From Eledone cirrhosa (lineage: Eukaryota), in contig OZ024742.1 of the NCBI GenBank assembly GCA_964016885.1, positions 126,914,001-126,978,000 of the forward strand: a DNA stretch of 64,000 nucleotides. The letters are read 5' to 3'. Under the pieces are notes generated by a model. It had not been told where the DNA came from. It did not search any database and saw only the letters and a program-made list of their open reading frames with translations. Below, one piece after another: positions 20,071 to 35,778 of the stretch. Position numbers and translations under genes: made by a program. Numbering within the stretch: position 1 is the stretch's first letter; each line of letters opens with the position of its first letter.

Positions 20071-20306
20071 GTTATGTGAACTTACTCTAGACAACGTCAT
20101 CCACAATATATTAAGTACCCCAAATGAATTCCTAACTATCTTTTTTGCATAAACGTCTTCCATGTATCCATGGAGTTACCTCTTACTTCGACCCGCTGTG
20201 TTTGATCTAAATAATCCCTGACCAAAAGAAGAAACTTCCACGCAGTTGTTCTATAAACTAGAAATAGTAGCCAAATCTTCCTCACATGCCAGGATACTCT
20301 CCGAAA

Positions 20307-20529
20307 ATAGTTTCTGATTTAGGCACAAATCCAACAATTGGGGGAGGGAAAGTCGATTAAATCGACCTTAGTGCAAAGCTATCCTCTGCGGGATTTGGAC
20401 TCAGAACGTAAAGGGCCGTAACTATGCCGCAAGGATGAAAGGCAGAGCTAAACTCAATATGTAAAGGCACGTAACTAAATGCCACGAAGCATTTTTTTTC
20501 CGAAGCTCTACCTATACTGCCAATCCACC
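20307..20529 (-). mobile_element. Rearranged family A SINE
   Basis: Family A blocks with internal reshuffling. Confidence 0.75.
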
Positions 20530-20773
20530 ACATGAATATATTTTTTGTTTTATTATTAATAGTTTTAGTCATTAGTATGTGGCCATACTGGAGCATCTCT
20601 TTCAAAGCTTTTTAGGCGATTGTATTGAGTCCAGTATTTTGTCGAATATTTATTTCCTTTCATCGTTCTCGTAAGATACAAAGCAGAAAGTGGACAATTG
20701 GTGCAAGCGATGATACCTTCATCTGGTGTTAATAACCCTGGGTATTTCTGTTCCAACATACCTTTTGGTGCTA

Positions 20774-20870
20774 CTGGCTATCACCCTACATTGGTGGGTG
20801 TGTGTGCTGGCTATCACCCTACATTGGTGGGTGTGTGTGCTGGCTATCACCCTACATTGGTGTGTGTGTG
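20774..20870. repeat. 33-bp tandem repeat x3
   Basis: CTGGCTATCACCCTACATTGGTGGGTGTGTGTG. Confidence 0.9.
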
Positions 20871-21225
20871 TATGTGTATTGCAACTTCATCGGTTACATC
20901 GATGAGTGTTCCAGTTGTTCGAACAACAGGACAGCTTGTTCGGGAAATTAACGTGCAACTGGTTGAGTATACCACAGATGTGTGCATATTTAATGTAAGT
21001 ACCAGGGAGATTCAGTGTGACAGTCTGCCTTAATATCTTCGAGAGTAGAGTGAGCCACTGATCTACTTCCTCAAATGTGTCTTTTCCCGCCACTCTGTAT
21101 AATTCTGATCCCCCCTTGCATGTCCTCCTCTTCCTTCTCCCACCCTCATCATATCTCCAGTAAATATGTTTTTCAGTTATAGAAACGCTTCTACTTCTGA
21201 GTCAGTGTCTTACACACACACATTC

Positions 21226-21258
<33 letters not shown>

Positions 21259-21456
21259 CAGAACACTGTATAAGAGGGGGAGGGGAGCCTGTCTCACCTG
21301 GGCACAGACTAAATCTAACCTACTGGTTTCTTTTATATGATATTAATTTTTATTCTGACGTCTATCATGATTCATCTCTATAGAATTTTAGACGTGTTTT
21401 TTTTTTAAATATTCAAATAACACCACCACTATAACCATAGTCAAAACCACCATTGG

Positions 21457-21493
<37 letters not shown>

Positions 21494-24400
21494 CAATCCA
21501 CTTTCGAATTAACTTTTACCACTAATTTGATACTACCTTGAACAACACTGCTACCTTCTCCATCACCACAATATTTATCTCCTTCTCTTCTGTACTAACC
21601 TCATCACCTTCGTTAAGACCCGCCCCACTACCAATACAAATATCAACACCTCCACCACTATACTATCCACAAGCTATCGTCATTATCATCATCACAGCCA
21701 CTATGACTACTTTCACCACCACCACCATCAGTACTAAAAATAATCATAACACCTAACTTCCACCGCCACCGCCACCGCCACCACCACCACCACCACTACG
21801 CTTCATATGTATCGTAATTGACATCTTATTAAAAAAAAAACCTTACAGCACTCCATAATTTTATATTTTTAATATGTTTTGTGCTGTGCTTTCTAATGAT
21901 CTTTTTGATAAAAAATAAAGTATGAGTGAGGGTGGGGGATTATAACCCTTTCCAACTGAATATAATGAGGGGGTTTGGCGATGGGTATCGGGAGGTCACC
22001 ACAGTTAAAAAAGGTATTCAATGCGTTAGTAGAGTATTGACAGCGATTTAAACCCTGATTGTGCCAAATCTACCGTCTTAACACAATTCTTAGGCCTGCC
22101 TTTAGATACCACAATAAAACCCTTTTAAAACATCAAATAAATATTATACACACATTCTAGGAATTATATGTAAAAATATGTAAGGTTTTTGTATGATGAA
22201 GAGACGTCAAATGCGAAACTTTGCAGCAAAATACTTGTTTGAAGAAATACGTCAGTGAGTTGGCAAACAGACTTTCAGTATTTGATCTGGATCTCTGTGC
22301 TGGCTCTCTGTGCTCTGATTTCAAATCCCACCGTAGTCAACTTTTCTTTTCATCTTTTCGAGTTTTATCAAATATCGAACTAGTCCAGAGCGGAACTGTG
22401 GCGTTTGTTTCAACTCTTTGTATCCTGAGTTCAAATCTCCCTGTGGTCAACGTAAGTGGTATACTCAGCCAGTCACCCTATTTATCACCACCACCTGGCT
22501 CTTAGGTACCTTTAATGGAACCACGCAGTCTGTTATAAGCATGTGGGTTGGGTCTCTTATTTGAAGACACCTTTCCCCCTTTTTCCTTCCCACCAATATC
22601 GGAGTGCTTGAAAAAAATATGGACCCTGTCCTTCCCCCTCCCCGTCTAAATAGGAACAAAAATGTGTATTCTTACATAGCCTTTTTAACACATTTCATTC
22701 GATCAAAGTAAAATGCCAACCCCGGAAACGCTTTCCATTCTCTTTTCAACTTTCAACATTATTACTTCCCTTCTTTCCTCCCCAATCATCTCTTTCGACT
22801 CTTCCTCACCCTCCTCCCATTTGTCTATTTTTCATCTCCTTCAATAAATATGAGTCTTTCCTTCTCTCCTTTCCTTCACAAATCATCTCTCTCCTCTCTC
22901 TCCTTTAATAATGTTTTTCCTTTCATTTTCCCGTCCACCCACTACTATCCTCTTCCTCCTTTAATAATCCAGAATATTTCCGTCTTTCCCCTCTATCCGC
23001 CTCTTATCTACACTCTTCCTTTCACTTCTTTCAAAACTTTGAGCCCACACCCACACTTTATACTCCTTTCCTTATACCTATACCCGACTTCCACTGTCTC
23101 ATCATATATTTTTCATGTAATTTAAGTCGCCAGAAGTAAACTTCTTTAATATTCCCACCAATATTTTTTTTATTTTTTTTTTTTATTTAATTATTTTCTG
23201 TTGCTTTTTCTCACGCCAGAAATAAATTGAAATAAATCTTATATTTATTAGGATCACAGATTCTAGCAAACGAATAATGTTATACAAACAGGAATAAATT
23301 TCTTCTACCACCTGAATTTCTACACTCAGACACTAGAAATCTAGAAATTCCACCGTATACCGCCAGTTGTTGTTTTTAGACTTCCGTCGGTTATAGCGAC
23401 GAGAGTTCCAGCTGGTTGAACAACGAAACAGCCTGATTGTGAATTAACGTGTGCACCACATGCACGAGTAGCCTTAACGTTACGTTATTTAGCGTCATAC
23501 AGTGGGTAACAAGACTTTGAATTTCAAGTAGAACTCATTTTTCACAGCTAAGTGGATTAGAGCAACGTGAAATAAACTTTCTTGCTCAAGGACACAAGTT
23601 GTCACCCAGCCACGACCTTATGTACTCTTAACGAAATTCTCAGGAAAAAATCGGTGTGACACAATATTTGACAAAATTGGCCCTTTGAATTACAGGTAGA
23701 GATTTCTTTTTGTTCAGATGAGTGAAATGGTCCATTTGAAATAAGTTGTCTTGCTCAAAACACTTTATTTCACGATACTCCAGTACACTCAGATGAGAAT
23801 GTGTACCAGCAATAGACAAGCGATAGACAAGCGTTCTGTCCAGGGAGAATCTTGTATCCACAGTCGCTTCACACTGAGGAAACCGGCCTGATGAGCCTTC
23901 GGCTTAAAACAGATTCAAGGACTCAACGCGCTGTTGAGAATAAAATCCCGATCGTGTGCCGATTACCCTAACAACTAAGCTAGGCACCTGAGTAGTGAGA
24001 ATAAATTACATCATCAACATTTATCTATTCCCCTCAGGCTGCTGGTGTTGTTGTTGTTATTGCTACTGTTGCCTAATTCTAGATCAGACAGAAATACTAC
24101 CAAGATATTTCAGTTTACAGATGTTCCCTATCTTCTTGGTATAATTATTAACTCGGAATTTGTGCGTACGTATGCGTGGACGCACGAAATTGCTATTACA
24201 CACACGCACGCACAGACACACAGACACACACACATATGTGTGCATGTATGAATACAAACATATGTACGCACATGATGGAGAATGATAATGATACATACAT
24301 ACACACATACATTCATATACAAAAAACGCACGCACACATACATAGATACTCACAAATACAAACATATAGATCCGTTCAAATCTGGAAATACATGCTGGCC

Positions 24401-24658
24401 AGATGTAAAATGTAAGCCCAATTTCAAACTACTCATTAAGTATTTTAGTAATTATTGCTAAATATATATGCTTTAGGCGTGGGCTATGGGTATAATATAT
24501 ATATATATATATATACAGTATATATACCTGTGTATTATATGATGTATTTAATAGTAATAGAACAGAATGGAGCAACTAAAAGTCACATGCGAATTGGCTC
24601 ATCTAACCTCGACCCTCCGTCTGACATAGATATATGCATTAAACATTTCTCTCTCTCT

Positions 24659-24694
<36 letters not shown>

Positions 24695-25002
24695 GGAGAG
24701 AGAGAGAGAGAGAGAGAGGTTGGAAATAGCACGGAAAATATATTTTAAGATCTGTTTTTCTTTTTTTTCAAAGTGACATTATTGAAAAAATGAGTGGGAC
24801 AATTATTTTTAAAAAGTTTTATAATGTATTTAAAGTATATAAAGTATATAATGTATATAAAGTATATAAAGTATATAAAGTATATATACACAGACACATA
24901 AATCTAAGTGTGTGAGACCTATACTACTGGATGATTTCTTCCTCTAAAGAAATATTCACTTTCTTACGGTTGGTTCAGGATGCAGCTGACAATATGAGGG
25001 GG

Positions 25003-25090
25003 TCTCCTGAAGATTCGACAGCCTCGCAGCGTTGGTGCACTTCTCTGGTGCATCGATGTTGCAAAAGGGTCGATGAAACTGCAGTAGGGA
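25003..25090 (+). ncRNA. Type I hammerhead ribozyme, intact core, extended stem II
   Basis: UCUC-CUGAAGA-uUCGAC[GCAGCGUUGGUGCAC/GUGCAUCGAUGUUGC]GUCGAu-GAAA-CUGCAG-UA-GGGA; about 55-nt tail then (TA)n. Confidence 0.85.
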
Positions 25091-25139
25091 GTTTGAAGTA
25101 AAAATAAGTATTTCTTTGTCTATTCTTTCCTCGCTTTTA

Positions 25140-25177
<38 letters not shown>

Positions 25178-25178
<1 letters not shown>

Positions 25179-25619
25179 TTGGGAAGGCTCATATTTGTGC
25201 AATATTGCCAGAATTAATAACAGAACACACTCACTGTTTGGTTGGTTTTCGCTTTTCGCTTCTGTGTCTTTTATATCGGTAATTTAATTTATTCGGTCCT
25301 CAATGTTGCCATTGACTGACCAACGGTCAAAAATACAGATACAATATAGACACAAACACATATATATAGTTTATCAAAGTTCTTTCGTTGCACATCTGCA
25401 ACATCGTCAGTGGTGCTATTGTTTCCTCCCGTTGCATTGTATTTTCTACGCCATCTTTATTTAGTCTGTTTATATATTTATTTATTGTTTATTTCTTTTT
25501 GTCTTCTTTGCGCATGCGTTTGCGTGAGTGTATAGTGTTTTGTTTGATGTGTGTTCGTGATTGGGTGACAGTGAGTGTGTTCTGTTATTAATTCTGGCAC
25601 AAATATGACCCTCCCCAAG
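25178..25619. mobile_element. MITE with about 55-bp TIRs and TA flanks (Tc1/mariner-like)
   Basis: CTTGGGAAGGCTCATATTTGTGC..CCAGAATTAATAACAGAACACACTCACTGT and its reverse complement at 25568-25619. Confidence 0.8.
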
Positions 25620-26622
25620 TATAACAATATTTGTTTCGACACATGGTTTCATATAAAAAACCTCGCAAAACTATATATATATATATATATGTGCGTGTGT
25701 GTGTGTGTAAACGTGTGCGCGCGTGTGTACATAAACACATATATACGTATATACATACATGCACACATGTAGTCCTACATATGCACGTACAAACATACGT
25801 ATAAATGGGGGCCAGTGACATGTATTTACATACTTAAGGGAAGTGATGTACTGAATAACGTTATGTCACATGTATGTTTAACACAATTCTTTAATAGAAT
25901 CAATATGACATGATATGAGAGAAGGCTAGACCTTTGAATTACAGATAGAATCATTGCACAGACTTCCACAGTCTCCATCTATTCAGTTTTAATAATAAAA
26001 AAAAGAAGCTTCAATCAACCCAAAATTATAGTAAATATTCCCATAAACTCTTCCACGAATATGATCGAACCCGAGACAACATGGTTGCCAAGTGAACTTC
26101 TCAACCACCTAACCACACTTGCGTCGATAAAAACTACCACTACTACCGTTTACAAAACTAACAGTAGTATCAACACCATTTCCATTAACATTACGCTCAG
26201 CACTATCTCACTAATACAGACATGTCAACCTCTTAAGTAGTACAACATGAAGTATATAATACAAATAAAATGGCTGTCCAATATCGAAAGTGAAAGTTCT
26301 CACCACGATACTTATATAAACATGATCCCTGATAATGACGTCAATAAACCTAACTTTGCTTGTCTTTATTGTGTGTTGTAGTTTTCTTTTGTTCCTTACT
26401 TCTCCCTCTCTCTCTCGTGCGATCTCATGCTTTCTCACTCTCCCTTACTTTTATCTCTCGCTCCCTCTTCTCATGCTCCCTTTCTCTCGAAGGAGGGACA
26501 GCAGATAGATAGATCTTTCTATCTCTTTCAACATCAAAGGATTTCAGACATGTTAGGACAGATAAAAAATGTCTGTCGCTCGAGGAAAAAATTGTATTGT
26601 TTTGCGATTATCAAAAGAGAGT

Positions 26623-28962
<2,340 letters not shown>

Positions 28963-29550
28963 GGTGGCTGCCAACTCGTTTTCGAGTACGGCCACTACTT
29001 TACATCCATGTAGGATAACCCCTACCGAAGCGCTGAACGAGTGTGACTTTTTAGTCCAGCCAGCGACTTGAAACCTCTGGTACAAACACTACACCTGTGA
29101 CAATCATTGACACATAGTGCTAGGCCCATGGTAGGACAACCATTGACACATAGTGCTGGGCCCATGTGAGGACAAGTGCAGAGAGATCTCCAGATATAAA
29201 GCAATGCCTGTGCCGTGAAGCTTTTATAGTGAGCAAAGGCACTGCACAAAGCCAGTCCCACTCTCTTAACCAAGATGCTATTTACCAAAAAGAAGAACAA
29301 GTCAACATCATTGGATACCATCAGGGTTGCAGGTGTTATATCAGAGTTTTCCTTCTCCTAGAATTCTGCCTTGACTAAGGCTAAAGGGGTCATCTCTCCC
29401 GGTGATTTTGGATGGCCATTGACTCTTAAGAGCTCCTTTGCCCTTTGACAGGTTTTGTTTTTAGTCCTGCAGGATGTCCAAAGTCACCCTCCTCACCAAG
29501 AAACCTTGGTGGGGTTGCCAGTTTAGTCGCCAACGACCCGACCATGAGAC
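28963..29550 (-). mobile_element. Non-autonomous internally deleted RTE derivative (5' UTR joined to terminal zinc finger and 3' UTR)
   Basis: RTE-type 5' UTR (GGAGAAGGAAAACTCTGAT); C2H2-like [19 protein letters not shown]-stop; 3' stem-loop CTCGAAAACGAG; no RT. Confidence 0.7.
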
Positions 29551-29618
29551 ATACATATATACATACATATATACATACATATACATATATATATATATAT
29601 ATACATATATACATATAC

Positions 29619-29653
<35 letters not shown>

Positions 29654-29763
29654 CATAGATATATATACATAGATATATATACATAGATATATATATATAC
29701 ATAGATATATATATATACATAGATATATATATACATACATAGATATATATATACATACATAGA

Positions 29764-29842
<79 letters not shown>

Positions 29843-29924
29843 ACATATATACATATACATATATATATATATACATATACATAGATATATATATACATAT
29901 ATACATATACATATATATATATAC

Positions 29925-29955
<31 letters not shown>

Positions 29956-30088
29956 CATAGATATATATATATACATATATATATATATACACATAGATAT
30001 ATATATACACATAGATATATATATATACATAGATATATATACACACATAGATATATATATACATACATATATATATATACATATATAC

Positions 30089-30127
<39 letters not shown>

Positions 30128-30276
30128 CATAGATATATATATACATATATATACATATACATATATACATATATACATATACATATACATATATACACAT
30201 ACATATATATATGTATATATATATATATACATATACATATATACATATACATATATATACATACATATACATATAT
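29551..30276. repeat. Interrupted (TA)n array with CATAGA units
   Basis: Direct reading. Confidence 0.95.
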
Positions 30277-30380
30277 AACTTTGAATAACTTTGAAACGTG
30301 TTGGCCAGTATTGGCCCAGGCCATGTCTAACTTAATAGCATATATATATGTGTATGTATATATGTGTGTGTGCGTGTGCT

Positions 30381-30413
<33 letters not shown>

Positions 30414-30519
30414 GCGGAAAAATGGATTTTACATTTTTATGATATATTGCGTACGTTATTATTCTTGATTTATAGAGGCTTGATGGACTTGTAAGTCGAA
30501 ACTGCGAATCGATAATTAT

Positions 30520-30845
30520 GTTGGGCAGATAGACAAACGGACAGACAGGCGGGTAGTTGGATGGATGGATGGATGAAAGGTCTGTAGGTCGGACAGATTA
30601 GTGGATATGTGTGTGAACGGACTGACAGATGGATGGACGGACGGACGGCTGGACAGACGAATAGAATGATGTATGGTAGGTAGGTAGGTTAAGACAGATA
30701 TTAGTGAATTGATAGACCGACAGTTGAATGAACGGATAGGGATGTATGGGTGGACGGACAGACGACAAGATGGACATACTAACATAAAGACAAACAGCCG
30801 TAGAGACAGATGGACGGACTGACCAATAGATGGTTGAACGGGCAT
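30520..30845. repeat. Degenerate (GGAC/GGAT/AGAC)n tetranucleotide region
   Basis: Direct reading. Confidence 0.8.
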
Positions 30846-31651
30846 ATAAGTGGTCAGGAAGAAAAGGAATGACTGTAGAAATGAAGGAAAAAATGAGATG
30901 ATAGGAAAGTATAGAAGAAAAAAAAGAAAACATTGGTATTAGTAAAAATAAGAAGAAAGGGATGAACGAAATAGGGAATGTAGAGCAGAGAATAAAAGAA
31001 TTAAACAAGATGGCTGTTTAATGGGAAGTAAAAATTGATGTTTGTGGATGTAGTTCTATTGACAGTTTAAGAGTGTGGAATGAGAGAATAGAGGAATGGA
31101 AATAAAGTTATTACAAGGCAAAAAATGAACATAGAAATATAGATAAAATGGCAGACCGGCAATATTATGAATAAGTAGATAGATAGATGAACTAGAAAAG
31201 AGAACAATAGATGGATTAGACAAAATAAAACAAAAATAGATGAGAAATGTGAAAGTGAAACCAATCCAATTCATAAATATTAAAAAAAAATATTAAATTT
31301 AGAATAAAAAAATAAAACATTAAAAAATTATAGATATTTGTTTACATCAGTAAACACGAAATCAAGAGCAGAAGAAAATTTTACATCAAACCACAACATT
31401 TAGAGAGAGTCTTTTCAAAGTTATTCATAATATATTTGCTACAGCCAATCACAAGAAATCGATTGCCACATTGCGACTCCCCAAGCGAAATGTTATTGAC
31501 GAGATAGATTTCAGAAATCTAGTAAACAGTATTGTAACATTAGGTTGAAAGTTAGGTTTTATTTGATACAGAAATGACAAATTCAGAAGCTGGTTTTTAT
31601 TTTATTATATCAATTTGTTTAAATAGTTTGTTAAATCATTATTATTATTGT

Positions 31652-31815
31652 GGAGGATCGGACGCCATGCGTTGCAGCACAGTTACGTCCCTTTACGGAC
31701 TGAGTTCAAATCCCGCAGAGGTTAACTTTGCCTTTCATCCTTACGGGTCGATAAAATAAGGTACCAGTAATGTACAGGGTAATTGCTGACCTTGTGCCAA
31801 AAGTAGAAACAATCA
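31652..31815 (+). mobile_element. SINE family A short variant, 5'-truncated; its (TTA)n tail hosts the R4/Dong LINE
   Basis: Family A sequence followed by ATTATTATT. Confidence 0.88.
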
Positions 31816-31831
31816 TTATTATTATTATTAT

Positions 31832-34453
31832 TCTTTGATTCTCAGTCATTGATGTTAATTAACTGGAAAGTTTGTTGAAATGAATATCAAGCCACTACCT
31901 TCAGCCTCAGATATTCAGGACGTATCGGAGAGTTCTTGCTGTTCCAAGCAAGCATGCCTTTTGAAGTGTTCCAAAAAGCGGGGTGGGGTCAATTTTCTTT
32001 AACCATCCCTGGAAACCTTTTGAGATAGTACCTAGTGCGCCTATGACAATGGCAGTTCCAAATCCTTTTTACCTCCCACTTTAAGTCCTGGTATCGGTTA
32101 ATGTTCTCCCTCTCCTTCTCTTGCACTCTCGTGTCGAATGGGCAGGCCACATCCACAATCAGGCACGATCTTTTTTCCTTGTCCAAAACCACCAGGTCAG
32201 GTCTATTGTGTTCCAGTTTCTGTATCCTAAAATCCCATAGCACCTTCACCTGATCGTTTTCTATCACCGACTCTGGCTTATGCTCATACCACTTCTCAGA
32301 ATGTGGTAAATTGTTTACTTTGCATAGGTGCCAGTGGATCACCCTGCCCATCACATCATGTCTCCAGCCTTTATAGTGAGTCTGGGCTAGGTGTTTACAC
32401 TCGGATACAATGTGAGCCACAGTCTCCTCTCTCTCTCTCCACAGATTCTGCACAGTGGGCTAGCCTCCTCCTTGTAAATATGGTGTTTCAGCCACTTCGT
32501 TTTGAGGGCCTGCTCTTGCGCAGCCATTAGCATTCCTTCTGTAGCCTTTTTAAGGTCTCCTCTTCTCAACCAGTTCCATGTCTGTGGATCTCTGAATTCC
32601 GTTTTCTCAAAGAAGGTACTATGAAGGGATTTTTCTTGAAGGTTGCGCTTTCTCCTCATTGTTATTTCCTCCTTGGACATCCCCTGGTCTATTGTCCTCT
32701 CCTTCAGTACAATTCTGAGCATTGGCTCCTTACTATCGGTCACGTATTTGTGTAGGTTGTTTTTCTCCATCTGAACACAGTCCTCTATGCTGATATGACC
32801 TCTTCCACCTTCAGATCTCCTTAAGTAGAGTCTATCGACATCACTCCTCTTGTGGAACATGTTGTAGATAGTCAATAGCTTCCTAGTCTTCCTATCCATT
32901 TCTTTTTGTTCAGCAACATTCCATCTCAGAATTCCCGCACTATACCTAATAATAGACACAGCTCGGGAATTTACTGCACTTATGGCATTCCTACTGTTCA
33001 GATGTGACTTTAATACGCTCCTTACTCTCCGAATGTATTCAGATTTATCAATTCCTTCATTTTTTTGTTCTTGATGTCATCAGCCTCCAGAATACCCAAA
33101 TACTTGTATCCTTCTTCAGTGTCAATTTCCTTTATCATCTCACCTGTTGGTACTTGGATTCCGTTGCTTCTGCTCAATTTACCCCTCTTCATCACAAAGA
33201 CTCCACACTTACTAATACCAAATTGCATACATATATCATTGCTGAAAATACGGACAGTGTCAACAAGCACATCCAACTCCTTCTCACTCTTCCCGAAGAG
33301 CTTAAGATCGTCCATGAAGAGGAGGTGATTGATGGTAAGCTCTCCCTTTCCCAACTTGTATACTGCTCTCACTTTTCGCAGTATAATGGTCAGGGCATCA
33401 GGGCAAGGACAAACAACAGAGGGGACAGGCTATCTCCCTGGAAGATACCTCTCTTGATCTTCACGCCTCCCAAGGATTCTCCAGCTGATGTTAACTCTGT
33501 TTTCCAGGACTTCATACTTTTGCTCAACAACTGTCTGATGTTATCTGCCACCTTGAAGATCTCTAGGCTTTTGGTGATCCAGGTATGAGGCACCATGTCA
33601 AATGCCTTTTTGTAGTCTATCCATCCCATGGCAAGACCAGTGTGTCTCCTCTTGCAATTCCTCATTACCATCTTATCAATAAGTAACTGGTCCTTTGTAC
33701 CACAGGACTTCTTTCGGCATCCTTTCTGTTCGTCCGGTAACAAGTTGTTTGTGTGGAGGTGATGGTAGATTTCCTCAGACACAATGCTTGTCAACAGTTT
33801 CCACATTACGGACAGACATGTGATAGGTCTATAGTTGGTAACATCATTACCCTTGATTCGGTCTTTCATTACCAGAACTGTGGTACCTTTTGTCAACCAC
33901 TCTGGTACCTCACCTGACATTAAGCAGTCATTGAACATGGTTGTCAATTTCGAGGGATGTTACATTTTTAATCCAATACCCCTGCACACCATCTGAGCCT
34001 GGTGATTTCCAGTTGGTTAGTTTTTTGGCCTGCCCTTTAAGAGTTTCAACTGTGATACTCAAATCAGTTTGTTGGTGTGCCTGTTCACTAATCTCCTTTT
34101 GTACTGTCTCAATCCACACTGCCTGGTCATTATGTTTAACATCCTGCTCCCATATTCCTCTCCAGAATGTCTTAGTTTGTTCCGCCTCAGGGATCAAGTC
34201 GTTGCCTCTTTCTTTCCCTTCAAGCTGTCCAAACAACATCTTCTGGTTGTTGTCAAACATGCGGTTCTGTCTATACTGACTGACTCTGCTCTCATACCGC
34301 ATAATCTTTGCACTCTTTGCTACAGTGCGTTGCTTCAGTTCCTCTATGATAATATTTAGCCTTTTCCTCCTAGTTTTGTACTTTATTTCCAGTCTATTTT
34401 TAGTGTCTATGTTTTTTAGTGTCCCATTCAGTAGGGACTCAAGCTTTCCAAAG
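31832..34453 (-). mobile_element. 5'-truncated R4/Dong-clade non-LTR retrotransposon (RT plus restriction-like endonuclease), frameshifted
   Basis: [60 protein letters not shown] zinc knuckle, RHD, NRPDLV..VDVACP, LQKACLLGTAR-stop at 31907; (TTA)n on both flanks. Confidence 0.95.
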
Positions 34454-34479
34454 TATTATTATTATTATTATTATTATTT

Positions 34480-34891
34480 CGGTGAATTGGTAGAATAGTA
34501 GAAGCGTCGGATAAAACCCCTTTTCTGCGTTTACCTACGACACTGAAGCTTCTCAGTCTATATCCCCTAGGAGGTCGATAAAATAAAGTACCAGTAACTC
34601 ACTGAGGTCGATTTAATCAACTTTCCTCTCCCCCAAATTGTTGGCCCTGTGCCTACACCAGAAACCATTATTATTGGTTTCTGATTTAGGCACAGGGCCA
34701 ACAATTTTGAGGGAGGGGAAAGTTAATTAAATTGACCTCCAGTGCATTACTGGTACTTTATTTTATCGACTCCGTAAGGATGAAAGGCAAAGCTAGCCTC
34801 GGCAGGAGATGAGCTCAGATCGTAAAAGCAGTAACCCTATGCCATAAAGCATGTTGTCCGACGCTCCACCGATACTGCCAATCCATCGCCC
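34480..34891. mobile_element. Tail-to-tail inverted pair of family A SINEs (+ 34480-34670, - 34675-34891)
   Basis: AGAAACCA-TTATTAT-TGGTTTCT centre; about 95 bp of well-matched inverted sequence. Confidence 0.9.
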
Positions 34892-35497
34892 TTAGAAACT
34901 ATTATCATGAATAACCAGCAACAATGGTCTGCCAAGTCTATTATATGATTTAAAGGTGACAAATCCAATCAATACTTGGATGGACGGGAAAATAGGGGAT
35001 TTCTACCGAGATCACCTGGAAGATAGACTTTTAGTTTTAGCAACGAAAGAAATATATAAAAGAAAAATAATAATTTTGTCCAGAAGATATGGGTTCCTTT
35101 ATTAATGCCCCCCCCCCCCAAAAAAAAAAACATAATAATAATAATAATAATACAAATGATTTTAATGATCCCCGAAAGTTTAGAATGCAGGCGAGCAGGA
35201 ATGTGTGCTGTTCTGATTCGATCTAGCTAGTAGGCTCTCACCCAAGTGTTGGTAGGTAACCCTAAATGTTTTTCATGTTTTATATTATTGCATCTTGTAT
35301 TAACTATTATGAATTATAATAATCTTACATCATTTCAGGTTACATCAACTGTTTCATCTATCTATTGCATAGTTTTTATATGATGTTGTTTAGTCAAATC
35401 CTACATGGTATTGTAAACCCAACGTTTATTGTACTATATGTGTGAGCTCTTGTGCAAATTAAATAACTCGTTATTACTACTACTACTACTACTACTG

Positions 35498-35549
<52 letters not shown>

Positions 35550-35553
35550 AAGT

Positions 35554-35778
35554 AGGGTGGTGAATTGGCAGTATCGGTAGAGTGTCAGATACCATGATTT
35601 TCAGCATAAAGTTATGGCTCTTTACGTTCTGAGTTCAAATCCCGCCGAAGTTAGCTTTGCGTTTCATCCTCACGGGGTCGATAAAATAAAGTACCAGTAA
35701 TGCACTGGGTCGATTTAATAGACTTTCCCTTCTCCCAAAATTGTTGACCCTGTGCCTAAATCTGAAATCAATATTATT
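35554..35778 (+). mobile_element. SINE family A long variant
   Basis: Full-length similarity to other copies. Confidence 0.9.

Noticed and set aside
23897-23930. CTGATGAGCCTTCGGC hammerhead-like start
   Set aside because: No GAAA or stem III; fits a SINE/LINE 3' tail
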